From Diplonema japonicum (taxonomy: Eukaryota > Protista > Euglenozoa: Diplonemea): a DNA stretch of 64,000 nt. Below the pieces are notes generated by a model. That model was not told the DNA's origin, did not search any database, and worked only from the letters and a program-made list of their open reading frames with translations. Shown in pieces: positions 11,573-22,200 of the stretch. The first letter of the stretch is position 1. Each line of letters begins with the position of its first letter. Position numbers and translations under genes: made by a program. The DNA lies in contig OZ025679.1 of assembly GCA_964019335.1 (NCBI GenBank), positions 496,001-560,000 of the forward strand, given 5' to 3'.

Positions 11573-12941
11573 ATGTTGCAAAGAACAAAGAGGGCAATGA
11601 GCAGTGTGAAACAAGTGATCAAGGCTGACCTGACGTGGACTGGGGAGAGATTTGAGAAAGGGCTGGTGGTGGTAGTCAACGACGAAGGGAAGATCTCAGG
11701 TGTGCACGAAGAAGAAACGGCAGGGCTGAAAGTCACAAATGAGATGAAAGGCGAGGCCCTGATGCCTGGGTTTGTGAACTGCCATTCACACGCTTTCCAA
11801 ATAGCCCTCAGAGGGAAGGGAGAAGAGTACTTCGGTGACAAGGGCAGCTTCTGGACATGGCGCGAGGCGATGTACCAGTTGGTGCAAGAACTCGACGATG
11901 AGGCCTACTACCAGGTGGTCAGGAGGTGCTTCCAAGAAATGCGTGACACGGGGATCACCTCTGTGGGCGAGTTCCACTACTTCCACCACTCTACCTCTGC
12001 GAAGGACTTCCACAGAGACGACCTCACGCTGAAGGCGGCCTCCGATGTGGGCCTCAGGATCGTGCTGCTCAACGCGTTCTACCAGTATGCAGGATTCGGT
12101 GGGAAGCCTCTTGAGCCTGCGCAGAAGAACTTCGAGACCACCACAGTAGAGGAGTATGTTGGGAATTTGAAGCGGCTGCAAGCGACGCTGTCGCCCACGC
12201 AGTCGTTGGGTATCGTTGCGCACAGCGTGCGTGCTGTTGCCTCCGACGAGTTGACCGCCCTCTCCAAGGCCTCGCAAGACCTCGGCCTCCCTTTCCATTT
12301 GCATATTGAAGAGCAACCCGCTGAAGTGCAGGCTTGCCTTGAGCACCATAGCTGCACACCCATGAGCCTCTTCTCCGACAAGGCAGCAGGGCTCTCCAAT
12401 GTCACCGCAGTGCACTGCAACCACACGAAACCCGAAGAGTTGGCAATGTTTGCGGAGGCAGGTGGCATCGTGTGTATTTGTCCGCTGACTGAAGGTAACC
12501 TCGGGGACGGTATCATGCCCGAGCTGTCGGCGTGCAAGGGGAGGATATGCTTGGGGAGCGACTGCAACGCACGCATCGACATGCTGGAGGAGGCCAGGCT
12601 GCTGGAGTACTCTCAGAGGCTGCTGCGCTTGAACAGAGGTGCTTGCCTCGCATCGTGGAACCCGCAGAGCAAGACAGAGCTGGCACCCGTGCTCATGTCG
12701 TACCTCACCTCTGTGGGTGCTAAGTCGCTAAACCTGCAGACGGGTGCCATCGAGAAAGACCTGTGGGCAGACTTCGTCTCCATAGACTTGTCATCCCCAC
12801 TTCTTAAAGACGTGCAGACGGAGCACTTGGCGCCAGCACTTATCTTTGGCTGCGGTGCTAGAGACGTATGCACCAACAAAAGAAAAGAAAACACATCAAC
12901 AGGTGGTCTCGAGCACGTGTGTCGGCGGCAAGTGGGCGTAG
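11573..12941 (+). CDS. hutF: Formimidoylglutamate (formiminoglutamate) deiminase, HutF-like metal-dependent amidohydrolase; exons 11573-12865 and 12903-12941
   Basis: PGFVNCHSHAFQ, SFWTWREAMY, VGEFHYFHH, AHSVRAV, HLHIEEQPAEV, CPLTEGNLGDG and GSDCN motifs. Removing the 37-nt intron restores a typical end, RD|VVSSTCVGGKW. Confidence 0.88.
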
Positions 12942-13125
12942 TAAAGGAAGATGGGAGAAATAAGATTTAGAAGGGGGGAAAAAAAAAAAGAAAAAAAAAA
13001 AAAAACGTTGTAACTAGCTGATGTACACTGATGCCGTTATCTTCCGAGGTTGGTACTCCAGCCGTATTTTATTTTTTGTTCAATACCTATGAGGTTAGTA
13101 CTCCAGCCACACAGATGGAAAGGAC

Positions 13126-16100
13126 ATGACGGACAGCAGGCCGTTCGTGTATGTGACCCTTAGTGGGCATGATGCCAGTGGGTGCATTGAGGCCCGTGAG
13201 GAGGGCGAGAAGATAGTGGTAACGCTTAAAGACGACAAAGGAAGGCGGAAAGACGTTGGCGTGAACGGGATATTCACCAATGTGGCGCAGCCAGAACAGA
13301 TCTTTCAAGCAGCGGTTCTTCCCATGTCTGAACGGGTCTTGCAAGGAACCCTCACATGTACAGTGGCTACCCTTGGCGGGAAGGGCCCACAGCTCTTCGC
13401 CCCCGACGGGTTGGCGTACCTCACACTGCGGCACATCATGACGGCTGTCGACGGCAACCCTGGCGCTCTGCGGGTAGGCCTGCAATGTTTCTTAAATGAT
13501 CCAGCGCGACCTACAGATCTTTTGAAGAATGTGCAGCAAAAGGTGCCTGAGAACATGCAGTGGGAGCACGAAGAAGTACTTGATGGGCAGCACTTTGTAT
13601 TCTGCGCAACGCTTGACTCGGCTATGCGCACGCTGAATGCAGTGCTGAGTGCACCCTCTCTCACGGACCTCCTACACAGGCTCTCCTTCTCCCTCACCAT
13701 AGCCGTGAAAAAAAAGAGTGCAAGACTCCCCTCACGGCTCACCCTTCTCGAGCTTCGTGCAGAGGCGTGCAAGTATATCCCGTCGACACTGGTACACGTC
13801 TTCGAGGGCACCAACCACGCTAATGACATGATCTCGCGGGCGATACGGGGGTGCCGCCCTTTCGACTGCGTTCTCATCGGGCAGTGTCACAGTGATGCTT
13901 TGAGGTACAAGCACTCTGAGAACAACTTGTGGAACGAGACGCAGAACGTGTTCGACTGTCTTACGGCAGTGCGGGACCTCCCTGCGCACATGATGGTGGC
14001 AACCCCTCCGCCCTCTGTCTCTGTTGTATCACCATCTCCTAGGAAGAGAGCCGACTCCAAGCTCTACAAAACAGAGGCCGTTGCACGAGAGTCTCAGAAG
14101 GTGCAAGTGGACGTGCACCTGCACATGCCCGAGGACGACCACAGAAGAGGTTCGTCCAAGCCGCCGGTTATGGAGTATCGCGACACCCCTGGGTCATGGA
14201 CACCACGGCAGGAACGGAGCAATACGGCAATTCACACAGCATCTTTCGCACCTCCCTCGCCAATAGAACAGGAGGTCGGTAGATCGCGTGAAACTGATGC
14301 ACAAATAGCGATACTTGAGAAGGAACTCACAACCAAGAGCAGGCAAGCCCAGGAAGACAAGGATAAGTTAGAATTAGCGACAGCAGAGGCAAAGAAGATG
14401 GGTGACCTTGCCAGGATGCAGACGGAGGAGGTATGCATTACTGACATGACGCTCAATCCTTTTACAGGCAGAGAGGAATGTCTCAGCATGCCAGGAACTA
14501 CATACTGAGGTCCAGAGGCTGAAGTTCGAGTTGAAGGAGGTATGGCAATAGTGTTGGGAGGCACCACACAATAGATAAGTCATGAAGGCGAAGCGGCGAG
14601 GCAGTCGCGTGATGAGTACGCTGCTGATGCGAACTCAGCAAGAGCTGAGCTACGAAGGCTCAAGACAACACTCGCCGACAGCCAGTACGACCTTGCATCA
14701 CAGAAAAAGAGCCACGACAGAGCGGTTACGGAGTTGAACGAAGAGGTCGAAGATCTCAGAGCTGAGCTCACCAGAACAAGAGATGGGCGCGTCACGGCAA
14801 CGACAGAGCTGGACGGCCTGCAGAGAGAGATTCGAAAACTTCGCAGCGAGAGGGATGAATTGAGCGGCAGGCTTGACCACGAGCAGGAGGTCGCCCACCA
14901 GCAGAGGGGCCAACTTGCATTCCGGACATGCGAAACTGATGAATTAGAGAAACGGCTTTCTCTAGCCTCAGAAGAAGAGACTGTTGCTGCTATGTTGTGC
15001 AGGGCAGACATGGAAGCAAGACACCGGATACTGCAACACAGCAAGCTTAGGGCCGCCACCGCAGAACTCACTGAGGCTAAACAGGAGGCGGACCATCATA
15101 TGGAGAAGATCGTAGCCACAGAGGCGTCGCTCAGAGCCTTGGAGCAGTCCAACTTAGCTGCCTCTGCATCCAGCAAAGCAGAGATCGCAGACCTGCTGAA
15201 CCAAATACACGTCATCTCGGCAGAGCGTGACCGCAGGACGTCGACAGCGGAGAAGCTGACCATAGAGCTCAACGAGCTGTCAGGGCGCTGCAAACAGCTG
15301 CAGGACGCAAACATCGAGGCAGAAACAGCAGTCTCACGGCTAGAGCGCAGAGTAGCAGAAGTGGAGCACCAGTATGAAACGGAGAAGGCATCGAAAGCAG
15401 CGCTTCAGACCACTGCTGTCAGGCTCGAAGCTGAGAAGAACTCACTGCAGGAGAACAACCAGCGTGTTGAGTCGGAGCTGCGCGAGCAGCAGCATGACTA
15501 TCAGGACATCAAAGACGGGTTCCAGGAGAGGGTAAAGAAACTTGAGACAGCTTTGCGTGAAACTGAAGAGGAGCTCGCATCGGCTAGACACAAGGCCGTG
15601 GCGTCGGACGGCAAGGACCTCAGGGAACAGCTCCACGTGATGGCCGAGCGTGTGAAGACGGTTGAGGTAGAGAACGAAAGCTTGATGAAGCTTCGCGCAC
15701 AGGATTCAGATGAGGTCCGTCAGCTGGTGAACAAACTGCATGCTGCGGAGGCAGAGTTGCGGAAGAGGTCTGAGAGCCCAAGGAGCGATTACGAGTGGGC
15801 TGCGGGGAGGGAGGCTTTTGAAAGCAAACGCCACGACGTTGACGGCGTGCTGAAGCTACATAGTGAGATCGAAGAGCGAGATGCAGCAATATTATCACTG
15901 AAAGACAAACTAGCAAAAGCCACGAAGAGCAAAGCAGAAGCCGAGCGGAGGGAGCGCATGGCCAGGAGGCGCGCAAGTGACGGCTCTGGAGCTACGTCTA
16001 CATCTCCCTCTACATCACCAGCAGCACGACACAGGGCACGAGAACGGGATATAGAAACCACGGAGCTCGGCAAGCTGCGTGCTGAGCTAACAGCACTGCA

Positions 16101-17418
16101 ACAACGCACATCGATGGCGGCCGACGAGGTCAGCGAGGAGCGCCGCGCAGCATCGGTCGCTGTGAACGACGCATTGGCAGAAGTCTCATCACTGCAACAG
16201 AACCTCAAGAACAGCGACAAGGAAATCGCCATGCTGCGAGCCGAAGCACAAGTAGCCTCTCAGGAATACGGCACTGTGACCGAGAGATATGAACAGTCCC
16301 TTGGGGCATACCAGTCACAACTGCAACAGCTAGACGAACAGTGGCGATCACGAGAGAGAAGTTGGGTAAGCAGGCACCAAGCACTTGAGGTGCAGATCAC
16401 CTCCTTCACGGAGCAAATGCGAAAGATTGAAGCAGAAAAGGCAGAAGTGGAGGCCCAGCGGGACAGGCCGCATCATAATTTTGAGGAATTGAACATACAG
16501 CTGGTCGAGAAGAGTGACTTCATTGTCTCGCTTCAGAGCAAGCTGCGAGAAACAGAGGCAGAGGTGGAGAGGCTGCGACGTGAGATGGAAAGAGCACAAC
16601 ATGACTTCGAATCTGTGCAAATCGAGTACGAGCGCATCCAGCGTGAGAGGCACGAACGGGACATCGAAATGGAGAGACTGCGGCACCAGATGGAGAACAT
16701 GCCAGAGGGCGGCAGACAAATTCAGCAGATCCGCGAAGAGGCGAAAAGACGCGAGGAACTGCTCCTGGGCCAGATACGCTCGCTGGTAAGCCACAACCAT
16801 GAGTCGGGGCGACCCATCTCGCCACAACGGGAAAGGGTACGCGAGACAAAAGCAGTATCGCCTCCCATAAAACGAGTACTGTCACAGGTGTGCATTTCTA
16901 TCATAACCAACTAATCAACAGGTGAACCCAAATATCTACTCACCCGGTGCTAGCTACGGGAAGACAAGGCTCGGGCCGCCTGTTCCTGCTTTGAGTCCAC
17001 GGTCCGATGGAAGCGGTGATGACAGCGAAGATGAGCATGCAAAGGAGCTAAAAGCAAAGCTAGCTGCTGTTGTGGCACAAAACAACACGCTGCGGCAACA
17101 ACGGGAGAAGGAGAAGCAGCGGAGGGACATCACCCCCGCACCAGAGCCTGCAGGACGCCTGACAGAACTTCAACGACAAAAGGCTGCCGATGCAATAAGA
17201 TCCTCTTCACGAGGCCGCCACATCACGAGCCCTGGGAAAAAGAAAGACAACCTACGTTCGCAACTCGACTCCCTCACGATGCAGGTCAAACAGGGCAACT
17301 TCGATAGGAGCCAGGTATACCACCAAAGCCACCCAACAAAACCCACAAGGTTGAAAACCAGCTTAAACAAGTCCTGGACTCTGTCAAGCCCGGCACGAAA
17401 GCAAAGTATAACATTTAA
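13126..17418 (+). CDS. Degenerate kinesin-motor-like domain plus very long coiled coil (~1,383 aa); exons 13126-14430, 14468-14539, 14575-16887, 16922-17314, 17350-17418
   Basis: Four phase-0 GT-AG introns of 37, 35, 34 and 35 nt join ORFs 13126, 14734 and 16922. The N-terminus follows kinesin motif order but lacks the GKT P-loop. A short 5' exon from 13021 or 13031 is possible. Confidence 0.7.
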
Positions 17419-17649
17419 ATGAGAATACCCTCCCATTTCTCCCTCTTTCCCCCATTAGTTGATTTTTATAGAATAATAGTGAAATCCGCTGTAATGTAGA
17501 GCTTTAGATGTAAAATTCATTTTTTTCCCCCCTTCTTTCTTTCCATCACTTTGTCCGTACCGAGCGAGATGGTTGTGTGTTTTTCTTTTTTTTTGGCAAC
17601 ACAGCCTAAAGAAAGAAAGGACCCAGGGAGAAAGGGGTAGATAAGTAGA

Positions 17650-17882
17650 CGTTCCAAACAGGAACCTCCTTTATCTCATCTCTTTTCTCCCCCTTTCCAA
17701 AACTTAAAGGGACTGAACTAGTACCACGATATCCTTTTGGTGGTGGGAAAGTTGTTTGATGGACTTTTCTTTGAAAGAAAAGCCGCTGTTCTACCACGTT
17801 GCGTGTTATTTTTTTTTTTTTGGGACGTTTTATTATAAGACAAGGGGGGCGTTCCAAAACAGGAACCTCCTTCATCTCATCT
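17650..17882. repeat. Pair of ~32-nt direct repeats 200 nt apart in a homopolymer-rich intergenic region
   Basis: CGTTCCAAACAGGAACCTCCTTTATCTCATCT (17650-17681) versus CGTTCCAAAACAGGAACCTCCTTCATCTCATCT (17850-17882). Confidence 0.8.
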
Positions 17883-18129
17883 TTTTTTTAAAAAAAACCA
17901 TACGTTAAGTAAAAAGAAGAGGAAACAAATCATCTTTGTTTTCTATTTTTTATTAGAGAAGAAAAAGAAAGAAAGACTTAGAAAAAAAAGAAAACGGGTG
18001 AAAGAAAAGCTTTTTTTTTTGTCTTTTCTTTCCTTTATTGTCCTTAGACACAGCCGGATCCAGATTTTATTCATTTCATCGCTTTTCGTAGAAAGGACGT
18101 AGGAAGTAGTCATCACAGGAAAGCGAGAG

Positions 18130-19178
18130 ATGGAAGGGGCAGAAGTGCCGAATGTTGCCCTCATAGATGTGAGAGGGAGCGGACGGGATGGAGTGAACAA
18201 GACAGCATCATGCGGGGCTACGCTGAACTACACTCTTGCTGACCAGCCGACACCGTTGTCCATGTCAGATGTGCAGGAGTCACTTTCCAGTGTGAGGAGC
18301 ATGCAGCCACGCTGCTTGCGGTACCCCAAGCTCCCCAAGGAGTACTACTATAAGACCACTTGCCCTGACATGCGGCGGAACCACGTTCCTTGGGCAACGA
18401 ACATAATTGCTGCCACTGGGAAGTCACACACACACACAGAGTACAACGCACAGGCGAACGAAGACTTCAGACACTACCTTAAAAAGGCGTATAGGCGCCT
18501 CAATCTCCAGTCAAACCTTTCTGAGTGCACAAACAGAACAGGTGACTCCGACCCCACCGTTCCTGAGTATGTAAAGAGGAAGCGGCTGATCACTACACTG
18601 GCTACCAAGTTGACGGAGAAGAAAGAAAACATTGGGCCTGTCCTAGCTGCTCCACCCGAGCCGCACCTTGAGGAGTCCCCTGACATCTTGTCGCCTAAGC
18701 TCGCCATCCCACTTCGCATTCATTACCCCCCAGGGCTCTGCCCCGCATCCGAGAAGGCTGTCTCGCATGACCCGATACCGGAAGTCGTTCATGACAACGC
18801 AAAGGTGTGCTTAACGGGGCGGCTGGGGTGTAGGGTTGCAATAACAATCATCAGAACTCGTACTGGCCTAAAACTGTAGCCAGCGTACGGAAAGAGCGCA
18901 GCCATCGCAGACTCCGCACGTCGCGGACATCCTTGTGTGCCGTGTGGTCTGAAGAGCAGCAGCCGCAAAAGAGGTACCACTCAATATGTCACACAAGTCA
19001 ATACAGGCTGGAAGGGAAGAAGCTCCTGAAAGCCCCTGCGAACCCCCGCGGCATCGTTAGCGTGTCCGGCTTCGACAACACACCACCGAAACCGCTTAAG
19101 AAAAGGTGGTCACGCGAAGCAATCAACCTGATCATGAAGACAGTAGCAAGGGAAGAACAACGCTGTGGCTTCAATTGA
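18130..19178 (+). CDS. Hypothetical basic protein; exons 18130-18804 and 18855-19178
   Basis: A 50-nt phase-0 GT-AG intron joins ORF 18130 to the frame of ORF 18933. Confidence 0.6.
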
Positions 19179-19287
19179 GTTCGTAGTTCGGATGAGTTTC
19201 CACTTGTCTTGTTTGCTAGATTGGATATGAATAGAGGAAAGCCGAGTTGAATAGTTCAGTTCTAATTACCACAGGGGGCGCGGCACC

Positions 19288-22200
19288 ATGTCAATCTTCA
19301 GGGCGGCAACAATAAGTGCTGCCTTGTGGCTAGCTTGCTGCCAGCCCGTTCGGGTATCTGTCACCACGGCAACAACAAGTGAAGTCTCTACAGTGGCCCC
19401 CACGCTGTTCACGGTGGTTCTCGGCTCACCCCCAATATCAAATGTTATAGTGCCTCTCTCAACTACCGATGGCACGGAGGGAACGGTTTCGCCCTCATCT
19501 TTTGTATTCACACCTGGTTTCTGGAACATCGCCCAGACGGCGACCATCAAGGGTGCAGACGACTTTATCGACGACGGTGACATGCCGTACTCCATTCGCG
19601 TAGGGCCCGTGGCCAGTGCCGACCCTGCCTTCAACGCCTTCAATCCACCTGACATCACCGTCACAAACACAGATGATGACACAGCCGCCATCAACGTCTC
19701 CCCGACGACGGGGCTCATCACCACCGAGGCAGGGGGCACAGCTACGTTCACCGTGTCGCTCGCATCGCAGCCAACCGGCACAGGGATCGGCAGTGTAGTG
19801 ATTGGTCTCACATCTTCCGACACGACAGAGGGCACTATGTTCCCAGCCAGCTTGACGTTCACAACAGGAAACTGGGCAACGCCACAAGTGGTGACTGTGC
19901 GTGGGGTTAACGACGACGTAGCCGACGGCCCTGTGGTGTACCAGGTGGTGACAGCGGCTGCTGTTGCGACAGATCCGAACTACAATGGCTTCAATGCCGC
20001 AGATGTATCCGTGACGAATACCGATGACGACGTTGTTGGTGTGACAGTGTCACCTGCTGGGCCCCTCACGACAACAGAAGCAGGGGCGCAGGCCAGCTTC
20101 ACAATTGTTTTAGATAGTGAACCTACGGGAACTGTGAGCATCCCGATCACAAGTGACACAACGGCTGAGGGTGTGGTGAGTGCTTCTTCGGTTTCCTTCA
20201 CTGTGGCAACCTGGTCAACTGTGCAGACAGTTACTGTGACAGGTGTGGACGACAACATCGACGATGACAACGTTAACTACAACATCGTCTGCGGGGCGGC
20301 TGTGAGCACAGATGCTGCTTACAATGGCTTTGACCCTGCTGATGTGACAGCCGTTAACATAGATGACGACACTGCGGGAATCACAGTTTCTCCCACCAGC
20401 GGTTTGCAAACGGCAGAGGACGGGACTAGTGCGGTCTTTACTCTTGTGCTACGAAGCGAACCAACAGCTGATGTTACCTTCACAGTGACCTCCGGGGATA
20501 CGACTGAAGGGGATGTACCAACAGGCACTTACACATTCACCTCCACGACTTGGAATGTAGCGCAGAGTGTGACTGTGGTGGGGCAGGACGACAATGTGGT
20601 TGATGGCACTGTGTCCTACAGCATCACTCTTGTTAGTGCCAGCACCGATGCCAAGTACGCGTTGATAACGAGCACACTGCCTGCCAGCAACCTTGATGAC
20701 GATGTAGCCGGTATAGTTGTTACTCCCACGAACATTGTGACCACTGAGATGGGCGGCACGCAGAGTTTCACGATACTCCTGCGGAGCGAGCCTATCAGCG
20801 CAGTGGTGCTAGACGTCGTGAGCGGGGACACAACAGAGGGCACAGTGGACAGGCCGCAGGTGACTTTCACGGCGATGGATTGGAACGTTGCGCAGGTGAT
20901 CACCGTCACTGCTGTCGATGATTTGATTGCAGATGGGGCTGTGACCTACCCCATCACCATCGGGCCAGCAACAAGCACTGATGCTATCTACAGCAACATG
21001 CCTGCACCGGGTGTGCTGGTCACAAACACCGACGACGACGTCGCTAGCATCGTGGTGACTGCAGCGTCGACAGTGACATCGGAAGCAGGGCAGACGGCGG
21101 TCATCACGTTTGTCCTGAATAGCGAGTGCACATCAGATGTGGTTGTGTCTGTGCAGAGCAGCAACCCAGCCGAGGCAACTGTGCTCCCTTCAACGGTGAC
21201 GTTTACTCCGGCGACATGGAGCACTGCTGTCACGGTGACCGTCACTGGTGTCGATGACTTCATTGATGACGGCGACGTGGCATATATCGTTTCAGTAGGC
21301 CCTGCTGTGTCTAGCGACACTTCGTACTCAGGCATCGTGGCAGCAGATGTCCAGTTAACCAACACTGACGATGATGTCGCTGGTGTAACAGTGAACCCTA
21401 CCATGGGGCTCATCACCACAGAACAAGGGGGACAGGCCTCTTTCACAATTGTGCTAGACACTCAACCAGTTGGTGGTCAAGTGCTCATCTTGATGACAAC
21501 TGACTCCACTGAGGGTACTTTAAGCGCTGATTCAGTTTCATTCACATTCAGCAACTGGGCAACGCCACAAGTGGTGACTGTGCGTGGGGTTAACGACGAC
21601 GTAGCCGACGGCCCTGTGGTGTACCAGGTGGTGACAGCGGCTGCTGTTGCGACAGATCCGAACTACAATGGCTTCAATGCCGCAGATGTATCCGTGACGA
21701 ATACCGATGACGACGTTGTTGGTGTGACAGTGTCACCTGCTGGGCCCCTCACGACAACAGAAGCAGGGGCGCAGGCCAGCTTCACAATTGTTTTAGATAG
21801 TGAACCTACGGGAACTGTGAGCATCCCGATCACAAGTGACACAACGGCTGAGGGTGTGGTGAGTGCTTCTTCGGTTTCCTTCACTGTGGCAACCTGGTCA
21901 ACTGTGCAGACAGTTACTGTGACAGGTGTGGACGACAACATCGACGATGACAACGTTAACTACAACATCGTCTGCGGGGCGGCTGTGAGCACAGATGCTG
22001 CTTACAATGGCTTTGACCCTGCTGATGTGACAGCCGTTAACATAGATGACGACACTGCGGGAATCACAGTTTCTCCCACCAGCGGTTTGCAAACGGCAGA
22101 GGACGGGACTAGTGCGGTCTTTACTCTTGTGCTACGAAGCGAACCAACAGCTGATGTTACCTTCACAGTGACCTCCGGGGATACGACTGAAGGGGATGTA

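Larger units (their letters stand above)
6490..13010. repeat. Homopolymer-rich island (long poly-A, poly-T, poly-G and poly-C tracts in intergenic DNA and introns)
   Basis: For example A-run near 7256-7282, C-run near 7372-7396, G-run near 7507-7523, T-run near 10855-10890; the K/F/P/G-rich ORFs here are artefacts. Confidence 0.9.

Noticed and set aside
17650-17882. CRISPR-like repeat pair
   Set aside because: Only two copies, a ~168-nt gap, no cas genes, and a eukaryotic context.
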